DNA of 64,000 bases, from contig JAVZCZ010000001.1 of NCBI GenBank assembly GCA_038874135.1, forward strand, positions 480,001-544,000, written 5' to 3'. Position numbers and translations under genes: made by a program. The notes under the pieces are model-generated. The model saw nothing but the letters and a program-made list of their open reading frames with translations. It searched no databases and was not told the origin of the DNA. This stretch comes from Candidatus Woesearchaeota archaeon (lineage in GTDB: Archaea > Nanobdellota > Nanobdellia > Woesearchaeales > 0-14-0-80-44-23). Positions 28,628 through 39,660 of this stretch are shown here, one piece after another; position 1 is the first letter of the stretch; every line of letters starts with the position of its first letter.

Positions 28628-31600
28628 CTACTTAGCATGCTTCTTTTTTGAACTGACTTCTTTTTTGCCTTTCGCTATTATTTTTTGCAGCTCCTGCTTT
28701 ATCTTTTCCTTCTCACTTTTTCTGTCTGCAGCTATCTTTTTGAGTTCTGCTCGCATTTCAAGCTCGTCTAAGCTCTTTTCTTCTCTTCTTTTGTTTTCTT
28801 CAGCTTCTTTACTTTCTCGCGGTGCTTCAGCTGGCTGAGAAACCTCAGAGGTGTCATATATTGGGCTTTCTGTTTCTTTCTTGCTGTTATATTCTTCAAA
28901 CTTGCTGAAGAGTTTCGCCCTTTCTTTCTCCCTGACAAGCGCCCTTATTCTGGCAATCTGCTCAGGAGTCATCCCGGCAAACTCCCGTATGTCTGGACGG
29001 GGACCTAATTCAGAGCTTCTTTGTTTACTTAAGAGGATTGGTGACCCTTCTGATCCTTTTCCCAGATTTCTTAGTTGAATTCCTCCACCTTTGAAATCCG
29101 GAGGAGCATTAAATAGTGGTTTCTTGCTTTTCTTCTGCTGGGCAGTGTAGTAATAGTATAATAGTCCTCCCCCGCCAATAATGAGTATTACTATGAGGAG
29201 AATTAAGAGAAGATTGCTTCCTCCAGATGCTGGAGCGCACTTTCTATCTTTACAATTTCCAGATTCGCAGTCTAGGTCGCCTTCACACGCTTTGCCTTCT
29301 GTGCAAGGAGCACAGCTTCCTCCGCAGTCAACATCCGTCTCATCACCGTCTTTTTTACCATCCTTGCAAGTAGAAGTACAGACATCATCTTCACAAATCA
29401 AGGAGCCGTAACAGTCTTTATTAACCTTACACTTTTTGCCCTCGTTGCATGGAGTGCAGCTTCCCCCGCAGTCAACATCTGTCTCATCACCATTCAATGT
29501 TTCGTCGGAACAGGTGTCGTTGGTTGTATTAGTATTTATGGAGCAGAATCCGTTTAGGCAAACAAGACCTTTTTGGCAGTCAGAGTCAAGTATGCAGCTA
29601 GATCCCAAGGGGCAGGGATCACACTCTTTTCCTCCGCAGTCAACTCCAGTTTCTCCATATTCAGAATCTTTCTTATGATTAGTGCAGTGCGGGTTAACTA
29701 TGCAGCGCTTTGTTGTGTTGTCACAAAGTTTTGAGTTGCAATCAGTATTGTTTATGCAGAGCTTTCCATCAGGGCAAGGATCGCAGGAGTTTCCACCGCA
29801 GTCAACATCTGTCTCGTTGCCATTCTTTACGCCATCATTGCATCCTGGGAGTATGCACTTTTTTGAAGTGATGTTGCAAAGCCCCGTCTTGCAGTCACGG
29901 TTTATGGTACAGTTTTTTCCTCCTTCACAAGGAATACAAAATCCGCCGCCGCAGTCAACATCTGTTTCTTGACCGTTCTTTATACCATCCTCGCACGGAT
30001 TGTAACTCAGGTTTATTCTTACGCCGTCGCTCTTATTAAAGCCAACCCTTCCAGAATAATCAGTAACCCACGCGTAGATGTAATAAACACTATTGTTCTT
30101 AAGTTCCAGCCCCTCAATGTAGAAATAGCCATCTTCCGGAGCGCCGCTTTCTGTAAAGTTCTCGGAAATAGAAATTCCATTCTGATCATACACCTGATAG
30201 GAATATTTAGCTATTCCGCAGCTGGGCTCCGGATCATCAGCGCTTATTTTCACTCTCAGTTTTTCTGCTGAGAAGCTTATGTTCTGATATCCTGCATATC
30301 CTGAGGAGTCGTCAACAGAGACTACAGGATCTGCGGAGTCTAAGCGGACTGTAAATTTCTTTTCTGCATAATCTGAATCGCCCACTTGGCAATAGACGAT
30401 GTAATCCTGACTATTCATATTTTCGGGAACGGTGACTGCTGAGTAGAAAGAATAGTCAGAGCCCTGCATCTTATTCGAATTTGAATAATCAGCTTTGCTG
30501 CCCTCATTCCAGAAACACTCTGCCCTCTTGTTTGTAGTAACTTTCAGAGTGAACTCGCGAGAAGATGTGCAGAGGATTGAAGATGGTGTAAGCGGAGGGG
30601 ATTCTATTAATATTTTTAGCGGCGTGCTGGTGTTCACTGTAAATTTTATTGAAGCATTAGATTCAAGTCCAGAAAGCCCAGTGCAGCGCACAATATAATT
30701 ATAAACTTTATTATCAACTAAATCGGTGAGGAGTGCACCCTTGGTATAAGTGTATCCGAAACGAAAGTTTGAATCATCCTTCTCAAAAGGAATCCACACT
30801 GGATAGGTGTTAGCTTCATACTTGAAATATTCGCATGCTGTTGGCTGATCTGTAGTTACTCTCAAATATGTTTTAAGAGGGCTCTCATAAACCGAAGGGG
30901 CTTCAAGAGTTATCTTCGGCCTGGAAGTTATCTTAGTAAAACCGTAAGTGTATGTCCTACCAGCAGGCGAACAATTGAGCATTATGGATATCTCTTTGAA
31001 CTCAGCGATGCTTGAAAGGTCAAGGGGTGCAGAGTATATTAAGGGGTTATTAGTTGAATTTAGTTTCTGTTTGACGCCGCTAGGGTAAACTATTGAGCAG
31101 GGCTGGTCCTCTGGAAGAATATCGCTCAACTGCACCGTGAGATTTAATTTACTCAGATTTGTGTAGACGTGCTGGACATAATCTGGATACTGCACTGGAT
31201 TAGTTATCCAAGCATCTGGCTGTTCATATATTAAAACTTGCGCTTCCTGTCCCCAGTTTCTTTCGTCAATAGTTGTGTAGGTTCCCCAAACTGTTGCAGA
31301 TCCGGGGCTGATTCCTGTAAAAATGTTGGGGCTATCACTGCTCTGCTCTAGAACATAGGCGTTATTAGTTCCGAAGGTTACATTGGGTGTAACATCCATC
31401 TGATAATTATCTCCGTAGTTGACAATTCCTCTAAAAGGAATGCTAGTGCCGACGTAGCTTGCTGCGTAGGGAGGAACTATATAGAATGCAGGGTTAATTA
31501 TGCCTTTCGGCTGCACTATGAGGGAGAAATTAATTGATTTGTAAGATCTGTAGGCTGCATACAATTGTACAGTCCCCTCTTTTTGTCCAACTACGCACTT

Positions 31601-32569
31601 TCCATCTTCAGAAATTGTTGCAATTGAAGTGTTAGTTGAGACGAGCGTGTAATCTTCAACTTTTGTGCAAGAATAACTGCACTCGCTGTCAATCGTGCAT
31701 AAAAAAACATTAATCAGGTTGCATCCGATGCTTCCTTCCGATATTATAAGTTGAGACGGGGAATAGACCTGTAACATTGAATATGAAGCATTCTTAACAA
31801 CACTAATAACGGTATAGTTGCTTCTGATATTACTTCCGTAGGAGTATGTCGCATTAACCTTCGCAGTGCCCAACGCTTTTGCAGTGATATTATTGTCTGC
31901 AATTGTTATTATGTTGGTGTCATTACTGCTGAACACAGCTTGGCTTGAAATCATACTATTTGTGTTATCGCTGTAATAGGCAAAAACTGAGAGTATGCTT
32001 GAAACGGGGTATGAGCAGCCTAACGAAAGGTTCAGCACGCGTGGAAATACCACTATTGAACTCAGATTTACAGGGCATACTGCATCTGCTCCATCGCAGT
32101 TCTCATCAACACCATTTCCGCAGATTTCAGAATTTCCTGGATACTTGTTAGGATTAGCATCATCACAATCAAATGGTCCTTGGGTGCATACACCGTTACT
32201 TTGATAATAGCCATCCTTGTCTCTGTCTATGCAGGCAAGCACTTTAATTATTATTGAATAGTTTTCAGTGTTGTTTAGAATGTCTCTGTAGGTTATATTC
32301 AAACTATAAGTCCACCCGAAGTATAAGTTGGATGCTCTGTACTGGTAGGAAGTATTATCTTCAGATGTACTTATATGGCTTAGTTCCAGTTCACTTCCGT
32401 AAGAATTGTAAAGTTTTATGCTAAGTATTACTACCGGCTCTTCAAATTTTATTTTTATCAGGGGTTGTGTAGAACCGGTTTCAATTGTTTGAGGTTCTTC
32501 TTGCGCAAATCCTGGCAGGGCTAAGAGGAGTGTTAAAATGGTAAGATATAGAACTATGTTTTTTTGCAT
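28628..32569 (-). CDS. membrane-anchored Cys-rich surface protein with Ig-like domains and ETDVDCGG repeats
   Basis: Signal peptide; DRDKDGY..DCDD..EICGNGVDENCDG putative metal-binding motif; five ET(D/G)VDCGG repeats; TM helix near the C-terminus and charged cytoplasmic tail. Confidence 0.75.
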   Translation of the reverse strand: MQKNIVLYLTILTLLLALPGFAQEEPQTIETGSTQPLIKIKFEEPVVILSIKLYNSYGSELELSHISTSEDNTSYQYRASNLYFGWTYSLNITYRDILNNTENYSIIIKVLACIDRDKDGYYQSNGVCTQGPFDCDDANPNKYPGNSEICGNGVDENCDGADAVCPVNLSSIVVFPRVLNLSLGCSYPVSSILSVFAYYSDNTNSMISSQAVFSSNDTNIITIADNNITAKALGTAKVNATYSYGSNIRSNYTVISVVKNASYSMLQVYSPSQLIISEGSIGCNLINVFLCTIDSECSYSCTKVEDYTLVSTNTSIATISEDGKCVVGQKEGTVQLYAAYRSYKSINFSLIVQPKGIINPAFYIVPPYAASYVGTSIPFRGIVNYGDNYQMDVTPNVTFGTNNAYVLEQSSDSPNIFTGISPGSATVWGTYTTIDERNWGQEAQVLIYEQPDAWITNPVQYPDYVQHVYTNLSKLNLTVQLSDILPEDQPCSIVYPSGVKQKLNSTNNPLIYSAPLDLSSIAEFKEISIMLNCSPAGRTYTYGFTKITSRPKITLEAPSVYESPLKTYLRVTTDQPTACEYFKYEANTYPVWIPFEKDDSNFRFGYTYTKGALLTDLVDNKVYNYIVRCTGLSGLESNASIKFTVNTSTPLKILIESPPLTPSSILCTSSREFTLKVTTNKRAECFWNEGSKADYSNSNKMQGSDYSFYSAVTVPENMNSQDYIVYCQVGDSDYAEKKFTVRLDSADPVVSVDDSSGYAGYQNISFSAEKLRVKISADDPEPSCGIAKYSYQVYDQNGISISENFTESGAPEDGYFYIEGLELKNNSVYYIYAWVTDYSGRVGFNKSDGVRINLSYNPCEDGIKNGQETDVDCGGGFCIPCEGGKNCTINRDCKTGLCNITSKKCILPGCNDGVKNGNETDVDCGGNSCDPCPDGKLCINNTDCNSKLCDNTTKRCIVNPHCTNHKKDSEYGETGVDCGGKECDPCPLGSSCILDSDCQKGLVCLNGFCSINTNTTNDTCSDETLNGDETDVDCGGSCTPCNEGKKCKVNKDCYGSLICEDDVCTSTCKDGKKDGDETDVDCGGSCAPCTEGKACEGDLDCESGNCKDRKCAPASGGSNLLLILLIVILIIGGGGLLYYYYTAQQKKSKKPLFNAPPDFKGGGIQLRNLGKGSEGSPILLSKQRSSELGPRPDIREFAGMTPEQIARIRALVREKERAKLFSKFEEYNSKKETESPIYDTSEVSQPAEAPRESKEAEENKRREEKSLDELEMRAELKKIAADRKSEKEKIKQELQKIIAKGKKEVSSKKKHAK

Positions 32570-32605
32570 CCCTTCTATTCACCTCTTTTTTAAAAAACGC
32601 TTACT

Positions 32606-35600
32606 TTATTCAACTGTTACATTTAGCACACTTGGAGCCCTGGTGTTTATTTTGAAGTGTGAATTTGCAGCGTTTGCCTCTGTTATTTCTGTGTTATCTG
32701 AGGTTGTTGCATTTAAGGTTATATGTGCAAATTGTCTTATCTTGTAAAGTTTTGACTGGTGAGTAATGGATGGAACTATGACTATTTTGAATTCAAAGTT
32801 TGTATTGTCTGCAGTGATAAAATTAGAGATTGTCTCATTATAATCCCCGTTGTTCAGAGCATAACCCACACTGTTTAGGGTTACTGGTTGCGTGAAATTT
32901 AGCCAAACCCTGTATTCGCCCTTTCCCATCATTGGCAGCCCTTCAAAAATTATTGAATCTGGGAACTGCACCTGTACTTTAACATTCGGCAGGTAGTATA
33001 GGTTATATGACTTTTCTAACCTGTTAGACCCTTTTTGGCAGCTTAGAGTAAATAGGTAATTAGAGTAGTTTAATCCTTCAAAGTTTACCTGGAACTCTTG
33101 AGCTTCCCTGCTGAATGTGCTTGATTTAACCTTTTGCTGAGCGTCCTTGTCAATCGTGAATGTACATGTTGCTTCCTTATTCAACCTTGCCATAACGCTC
33201 AAGTTGTACTTGTTTCCTGAAGGAGTGTAAAAATATATCAGATTGTCAGGTAGCCTTAGAGAATCATCGGCAAATGTTATCACTATCTTATATGTTTGCA
33301 GGGACTCTTGATTATAATAATCATCTACTGCATAATATCTAAGGTAGTATACTCCTCTTTCAGTCAGATCCCTTTTTGAAATAGAGTAGTTTACAATATC
33401 GGTTGTGTCGATGTTCCAACTTGTCACATTATCCGGGCAGCAGTTCGGCTCTTTTGATATGCAGTATCCAAACTCTCTAACTGTCTCGCTGAAGTTGAAA
33501 TTAACTGTCAGCTTATTAGTATTAGCATCATAATTCCAAGATGTCACATTTGTAACGGGAGGAGTATTGTCTGACAGGCATCTCTCAGTGAGAGCAAATT
33601 CTTCGCGCGTGCAATCATTCTTCCCATCAAAATTTGCATCCTTCAAACAGATTGAATTAGCAGCATCCCATACGCACCTGAGCTTTTTGCAAGAGTCAGT
33701 AGTTGCATTAGTCCTTACAGGCTGTCCTTCTGGGCAGTATTCAAACTCAGAATAGGATGGGTTGCCCTCGCATTCTTCCCTGCTTTTATACATTGTGCAG
33801 TTCAAATTCTGGATTTCAGAGCAGGACTTACAAGTCCCGTCCTCCATCTTACAGCTTCCCAAGAGGGAGCACGCTTCAGGAGTGCATCCTGAAAACAACG
33901 AGTTACACCTATCACAATTACCTTCTGGAGGTACTGAATAGCATATTCCCATGTTCAGCTCCTTTATAGTGTCCGTCCAGTTACATTGTATGCCGCAGTT
34001 GTTATTCAGACATGCTTCTTTTGAGAGAAATTCTGAACATCTGAGGTTTGCCCTGCAGGAATAGCACGCGTCTATTGTTGTTTGCGAGAAGTCGTAGTAG
34101 CAGCTTTTTGAATCGCAACTATCTTTTGAGTAGAATAGACCAAGCGGGTTTCCGGAAGAGCGACACTCGTCTGGTTGCACGCATTTTGTGCCAACATGAG
34201 CATCTCTCTTTTCAAGAGCGCAGTAGGTATTAGCGCTGATTTCTGAGCAGTTCAGAGTAGCATACTGCGAATTAGAAGAGTTTTTATAGACTAAAAGTTC
34301 ATTGGATATCGGCTCGTTTGAGGAATTGCAGCTGTACCTCAGGTTTGCAGTTGGAGTGTTTTTGAGAAGTTGTCCCGACCTTTTTTCAATGCAGAACTCA
34401 TCCATTGGGAATACTCCTTCACAGAGTTGACTTCCAGTTGTGATCGTGGTGCTGTTTGGTGCCGAACGGCCTCCGTTGTAGTATACCGCTGTAACTGCGT
34501 ATTTATATGTAGTATTCCACCTAAGGTCTTTTGCATCGGTGTAGCTTTTACTTAAAACCTTTAATGATTTTTCAAGCGTGAATGAGGATCCGGATTTTAT
34601 GCTTCGGTTTACTTCGTAATATGCGATTTGCGGGTCGCAAGCAGTTTCCCAGCTTAGCTGGATGTCTGTCCTTCCCTGAACTGGTTCTGCTTTCAAATTT
34701 GAGACCTTAGGATTATTGCAGGCTGGATCAGTTGAAGAGTAAAGTGTGAAGTTCACTTCATCGCCCACTTTCATATTCTGCTTTGAAGCTGGAGAATAGC
34801 TGCTTTTGTATGCTACCAAGTCGTAATAATCTTTTGTAAGATTACTCTTCTTAATTTCATAATACCCGTTTTTATCAGTAACGGCTCCCACGCCTGCTTG
34901 CACTAAAACAACATATGCGCCTTCAATAGCTCCTCTGGTTGAGTTCTTGACATACCCGTAAAATAGGAGTTCTTGTGATGGAAGGTTCCCTCCACCCCCT
35001 CCTGCTGAGGCGCATTGCTCACAGCACACCTTTGTGCTATCAGCACAAGTCCTGTCTGCAATTGGGTAAGTATTCTCAGAGCAGCTGTCACAACATTGGT
35101 AGGGAGCAGTACAGTTAGATGTGGTATTTCTAGCATAACACATTCCATCAGAGCCGCACTGCAGCCCGCCGCATCCTCCGCAGTATGTGCAGTTTGAGAT
35201 TATGTCGCCCTTTTCCGTGCAAAATAGCGGGCTGTCATACACTCCTTGACCAACAGGATTACCCATGCATCCCGGAGTGCACCTCGGATTAGAATTTCCA
35301 GCGCACTCGCCCTCCTGATTTTCCTTTATGCAGTTTTCTGGCTGCTGCGAGATGTCGCATTTGATATTTTCTTCATTAATTTCTAGGTTTAAACTTGCTA
35401 TCTGCATATCTATGAGATTTTTAGAACCATAGTAGCATAACTCCTGATTGTTGGCTGTTATCTTGCAACAAACAGTCATGGTATAATATGCAAGAGAGCT
35501 ATCCTGGCAGCTTGTGCTCTCAAAGAATATAGTGGGACTAGTAAGGTCATTACATTCATCTTGTGAGACATCATCATAAAATGTTGGTCTTAGCCCTAAG

Positions 35601-35740
35601 GCTAAGTCGTCTACTATGCAGCAGCCTTTACCGCTTGAACTTAAACTCATAATAAATATGAATATGCTTAAAAAAGACAGAGTGATTACAGCTCTTCTTA
35701 GATGATTCTTCAGATTGGCTTGCTTGCGAGAAACATTCAT
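32606..35740 (-). CDS. secreted Cys-rich multidomain surface protein (carboxypeptidase-regulatory-like and FN3-like domains)
   Basis: N-terminal hydrophobic segment; GYVKN..IEGAYV..TDKNGYY; FN3-like LSW...YEVNRS...YKYAVTAV; many Cys. Confidence 0.7.
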   Translation of the reverse strand: MNVSRKQANLKNHLRRAVITLSFLSIFIFIMSLSSSGKGCCIVDDLALGLRPTFYDDVSQDECNDLTSPTIFFESTSCQDSSLAYYTMTVCCKITANNQELCYYGSKNLIDMQIASLNLEINEENIKCDISQQPENCIKENQEGECAGNSNPRCTPGCMGNPVGQGVYDSPLFCTEKGDIISNCTYCGGCGGLQCGSDGMCYARNTTSNCTAPYQCCDSCSENTYPIADRTCADSTKVCCEQCASAGGGGGNLPSQELLFYGYVKNSTRGAIEGAYVVLVQAGVGAVTDKNGYYEIKKSNLTKDYYDLVAYKSSYSPASKQNMKVGDEVNFTLYSSTDPACNNPKVSNLKAEPVQGRTDIQLSWETACDPQIAYYEVNRSIKSGSSFTLEKSLKVLSKSYTDAKDLRWNTTYKYAVTAVYYNGGRSAPNSTTITTGSQLCEGVFPMDEFCIEKRSGQLLKNTPTANLRYSCNSSNEPISNELLVYKNSSNSQYATLNCSEISANTYCALEKRDAHVGTKCVQPDECRSSGNPLGLFYSKDSCDSKSCYYDFSQTTIDACYSCRANLRCSEFLSKEACLNNNCGIQCNWTDTIKELNMGICYSVPPEGNCDRCNSLFSGCTPEACSLLGSCKMEDGTCKSCSEIQNLNCTMYKSREECEGNPSYSEFEYCPEGQPVRTNATTDSCKKLRCVWDAANSICLKDANFDGKNDCTREEFALTERCLSDNTPPVTNVTSWNYDANTNKLTVNFNFSETVREFGYCISKEPNCCPDNVTSWNIDTTDIVNYSISKRDLTERGVYYLRYYAVDDYYNQESLQTYKIVITFADDSLRLPDNLIYFYTPSGNKYNLSVMARLNKEATCTFTIDKDAQQKVKSSTFSREAQEFQVNFEGLNYSNYLFTLSCQKGSNRLEKSYNLYYLPNVKVQVQFPDSIIFEGLPMMGKGEYRVWLNFTQPVTLNSVGYALNNGDYNETISNFITADNTNFEFKIVIVPSITHQSKLYKIRQFAHITLNATTSDNTEITEANAANSHFKINTRAPSVLNVTVE

Positions 35741-35858
35741 TTTTCACCAGCTCTCTTTTTTAAAATTTTGTATTGCTAAATAGCAAATTCATTTAAAAAA
35801 CTTTCTATGTTAGATTAGGATAACTTTTTTATATAACCCCTGTTTTCAAGATGGAACC

Positions 35859-38800
35859 GTGGCAGAGTTAGCGAAGGAGTACAACTTCAGCAGGATAGAA
35901 GAGGAAACTCTGAAGTTTTGGAAGGAGTCTGGAATAAATGAGAGGATGCTCTCCGCCAAGAGAAGAAAGATATTCTCATTCTTAGAGGGACCTCCCACTG
36001 CGAACGCCCCTCCAGGACTTCATCACGCTGAGGTTAGAATCTTTAAGGACCTCGTTTGCAGGTTCAAATTCATGCAGGGCTACGCCGTTCCCAGGAAGGG
36101 CGGTTGGGACTGCCATGGGCTTCCTGTTGAAGTGCAGGTTGAGAAGCAGCTTGGCTTGAATTCTAAAAAGGAAGTGCTGAATTATGGAATTGACAAGTTT
36201 AATCAGAAGTGCAGGGAGGATGTCTTCAGCTTCATAGGCGCTTGGAACGAGTTTACTGAGCGCCTGGCATACCTTATAGATTTGAAAAATCCCTACAGGA
36301 CTCTGGACAACGAGTATATTGAAAGCGTATGGTGGTCTCTCAAGGAGCTTTACAAGAAGGGGCTGCTGTTTGTAGATTATAAGGTAGTGCCCTACTGCCC
36401 GAGGTGCGGAACATCCCTGTCAAGCCACGAGGTAGCACTGGGCTATAAGGATGTTACTGAGGATAGCGTGACCTGCAAGTTCAAAGTTAAAGGGATGGCT
36501 AACACTTACCTGCTCGCCTGGACTACAACTCCCTGGACCCTGCCCAGCAATTTGGCTCTGGCAGTGCATCCGGATTTTGATTACGCATTTATCGCGGATG
36601 GGGACAACACATACATAATGGCAGAAGCCCTTGCAGGAAAATATTTTGACAGGCCTCAGATTGTTAAGAAGGTGAAGGGCTCCGAGCTTATAGGCGTGAG
36701 TTACGAGCCCATATTCCCATACTTTGCTGAAAAATTCAAGGATTCTAATGAGAAGGCGTTCGTAGTTATAGGTGCCGATTATGTTACCCTGGAAGATGGG
36801 ACTGGGATAGTTCATCAGGCTCCTGCTTTTGGCGAGGACGATTTTGAGAGCTGCAAGCGGGCTGGCATTGGCTTTGTGAATCCTGTTTCTGAAGATGGCA
36901 GATTTACTTCCGAGGTTTCTGATTTTGAAGGAATGTTCGTTAAGGATGCTGACCGCAGGATAATAGAAGTGCTTCAAGAGAGGGGAATCCTTTTCAAGAA
37001 GGAAAGGTACACTCATGCATACCCTTTCTGTTGGAGGTGTAATACACCCTTGCTTTATTATGCTAGGCAGTCCTGGTTCATAAGGGTTAGCCAGTTCAGG
37101 CAGAAGCTCCTTGAAAAAAACTCTGAGATAAGCTGGTATCCGGAGCACATAAAGGATGGAAGGTTTGGAAACTGGCTGGAAGGGGCAAAGGATTGGGCCC
37201 TCTCAAGGAGTAAGTTCTGGGGGACTCCCCTGCCGATTTGGAAGTGCCAGAGCTGCGGTGTTGAAGAGGCAATTGGAAGCGTTGCAGAGTTGAGAGAGAA
37301 GGGACTTAATGTTCCTAAAAATTTGGACCTGCACAAGCCGTTCATAGATGAAGTAAAACTTAGGTGCAAGTGCGGGGGGGAGATGACACGAGTTCCAGAT
37401 GTTATTGACTGCTGGTATGATTCGGGATCTGCATCCTTTGCCCAGTTCCACTACCCTTTTGAAAACAAGAGGGAATTCAGAAAGAGGTTCCCCTACGATT
37501 TCATTGCAGAAGCCACTGACCAAACTAGGGGCTGGTTCTATACTCTGCATGTTTTAGGAACGCTGCTGTTTGATTCTCCAGCATATAAGAGTGTTGTATG
37601 TGCAGGTCTTCTAGTGGATGAGAATGGAGAGAAGATGAGCAAGAGCAAGGGCAACATAATAAACCCCTGGGATGCATTCAGGGAGGTTGGCGTGGATGCT
37701 GTAAGACTCCAAATGTGCTATACCTCCCCCGGGCTTCCGAAGAAGTTTAGCTACAAGCTGGTTAGGGAGAGCGTTTATCCATTCATAAATGCCTTCTGGA
37801 ATTCAGCATACTTCCTCTCAGAGTGCATAAAGGGCAAGGAGTTGAAAGAGGTAAAGGAAGTAACACAGCTAGCGTGCTCATCAAAATCTAAGGATAGGCG
37901 TAAGGGCATCAGAGCATTAAAGGAGATGAACCTTCAAAAAGAGGACTTATGGATAATCTCAAGAGCCAACACTACTGTTAAAGAGTGCACAGCCGCCCTG
38001 GAGGGAAATGAGTACCACAACGCGTTGAAATCGCTCATACAGTTTGCTGTTGAAGACGTTTCAAGATGGTACCTCAAGTTGACAAGGAGAAGGATGGAAA
38101 GCGGCGACCCTGCAGCAATTGCTTCAATGCTTTACGCATTAGACAGGCTATGTAGGATGACCGCACCACTAGCCCCTTACATCAGCGAAGAGATTTATCA
38201 GAAGCTCCTGAGAAGTGTAACATCTGAAAGTGAGAGCATACATGAGTGCAACTGGCCCCAATTTGAAAAGCTGTTGAATAATAAGAAGTTGGAATTTGAA
38301 ATGGAATTTGCCAGAAAGGCTGTCACTTCAATACTCTCGCTCAGAGATGAAGCAAACATGGGTGTCAGGTGGCCTCTCTCAGAAGCAACATTCGTTTCAG
38401 CAGATTCAAGCATTAGGCGTGCAGTAAAACGGATGGCTGGAGTTGTTTGCACTCAAGCAAACATAAAGAAGCTGAGAATCGTTGCTAGAAGCAACAAGAT
38501 AATTTCAGAGATAAAACCTGAATATGCCAAGCTGGGACCCGCCTTTGCCAAGAAGACTCCGAAGGTTGTGGAGATTCTCAGAAATGAAGATCCTAAGAAG
38601 GTGATATCTGACATAGAAAGAACTGGAGAGTTTAAGATAAATGTGGATGGTGAAGAACTCGCAATAAAGCCGGAGCACCTTGTAATTGAGAGAAAGGCAT
38701 CCTCAGGATACCTGCTTGACTATGAAAATAATTATGCTGTGCTTTTACACCCAGAGTTGAATGAGGAGCTGATTGCAGAGGGCTACGCGCGGGAGATTAT

Positions 38801-39035
38801 AAGACGAGTTCAGGAAATACGAAAGAATCTTGGCATGAAAAAGGAGGACAGAATAATACTTTCAATTTCTTCAGCAGAAGAAGCCCTGAGACTTATAGGT
38901 AAGGAAAGGATAATTTCGGAGATAAAGCAAATAACCGGCTCCTCAGAGTTGAAAATCTCAACATCAAAGGAAGCGGGTGCTGAAATTTTCAAGATAAAGG
39001 ATTACGAGTTCTGGATAAGCATATCAAAAGTTTAG
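35859..39035 (+). CDS. ileS: isoleucine--tRNA ligase
   Basis: EGPPTAN, GWDCHGLP, WTTTPWTLPSN, DQTRGWFY, KMSKS. Confidence 0.97.
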   Translation: MAELAKEYNFSRIEEETLKFWKESGINERMLSAKRRKIFSFLEGPPTANAPPGLHHAEVRIFKDLVCRFKFMQGYAVPRKGGWDCHGLPVEVQVEKQLGLNSKKEVLNYGIDKFNQKCREDVFSFIGAWNEFTERLAYLIDLKNPYRTLDNEYIESVWWSLKELYKKGLLFVDYKVVPYCPRCGTSLSSHEVALGYKDVTEDSVTCKFKVKGMANTYLLAWTTTPWTLPSNLALAVHPDFDYAFIADGDNTYIMAEALAGKYFDRPQIVKKVKGSELIGVSYEPIFPYFAEKFKDSNEKAFVVIGADYVTLEDGTGIVHQAPAFGEDDFESCKRAGIGFVNPVSEDGRFTSEVSDFEGMFVKDADRRIIEVLQERGILFKKERYTHAYPFCWRCNTPLLYYARQSWFIRVSQFRQKLLEKNSEISWYPEHIKDGRFGNWLEGAKDWALSRSKFWGTPLPIWKCQSCGVEEAIGSVAELREKGLNVPKNLDLHKPFIDEVKLRCKCGGEMTRVPDVIDCWYDSGSASFAQFHYPFENKREFRKRFPYDFIAEATDQTRGWFYTLHVLGTLLFDSPAYKSVVCAGLLVDENGEKMSKSKGNIINPWDAFREVGVDAVRLQMCYTSPGLPKKFSYKLVRESVYPFINAFWNSAYFLSECIKGKELKEVKEVTQLACSSKSKDRRKGIRALKEMNLQKEDLWIISRANTTVKECTAALEGNEYHNALKSLIQFAVEDVSRWYLKLTRRRMESGDPAAIASMLYALDRLCRMTAPLAPYISEEIYQKLLRSVTSESESIHECNWPQFEKLLNNKKLEFEMEFARKAVTSILSLRDEANMGVRWPLSEATFVSADSSIRRAVKRMAGVVCTQANIKKLRIVARSNKIISEIKPEYAKLGPAFAKKTPKVVEILRNEDPKKVISDIERTGEFKINVDGEELAIKPEHLVIERKASSGYLLDYENNYAVLLHPELNEELIAEGYAREIIRRVQEIRKNLGMKKEDRIILSISSAEEALRLIGKERIISEIKQITGSSELKISTSKEAGAEIFKIKDYEFWISISKV

Positions 39036-39078
39036 GTTTATCAAAAATTTTTTATACTCCTTGAAACAAGTGTTAAGC

Positions 39079-39564
39079 ATGCGCCTGGCCTCAAAAGACA
39101 TTCCACTCTCAGAGATAACACTTAGGAAGTATGAAAGGCCAAGCTCTTCTGACAGGAGAGAACTTGTCAAAAAGCTGTGCCTATCCATAGGCCTTCTAAA
39201 TCCTGGAGACTCAAGAGATGTTGTTGTAGATATACTTTCTACACTTATGGAAGCGAAGAAGAAAAAGCGCTGGATGAGGGCTGAGGATATAAGAGACTCT
39301 TTAATCAACAAGAGGAAAGTTAAAAACTCTCCAAACTCAGGATGCGCACTTTCAAACATTAGAAGGCAGCTTCTACGCTTGAGAAATATTGGTCTTGTAG
39401 AAAAATCCAAAAACAAGTACAGAATAGTTGAATTTGGGGTTCTGCCAGAAATTTTTGAGGAGAAAACGCTGAGATACATCGTGGAGCCAGCTCTTGAAAG
39501 GATAAAAGAGCATCTTTCCGCCGTGGAAAACGCTTACTGTCTGACGAGAAAACAAAAACTTTAA
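39079..39564 (+). CDS. putative winged-helix transcription regulator
   Basis: PLSEITLRKYERP...SNIRRQLLRLRNIGLVEK..KYRI wHTH-like pattern. Confidence 0.6.
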   Translation: MRLASKDIPLSEITLRKYERPSSSDRRELVKKLCLSIGLLNPGDSRDVVVDILSTLMEAKKKKRWMRAEDIRDSLINKRKVKNSPNSGCALSNIRRQLLRLRNIGLVEKSKNKYRIVEFGVLPEIFEEKTLRYIVEPALERIKEHLSAVENAYCLTRKQKL

Positions 39565-39660
39565 ATACCAATTAAATATTAGAGGAGAAGATGGGGTTTT
39601 GTGGGGGGAAATTGCTTTGCAATTCCTCAATAGCCCCTAAAAAACAAAAGGTGAGAAAGC

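Noticed and set aside
36420-37148. Long antisense or alternate-frame ORFs (also 18508..19344, 41554..42066, 42304..42834 and many short ones)
   Set aside because: Shadows of well-supported genes, favoured by skewed codon usage; no recognisable motifs
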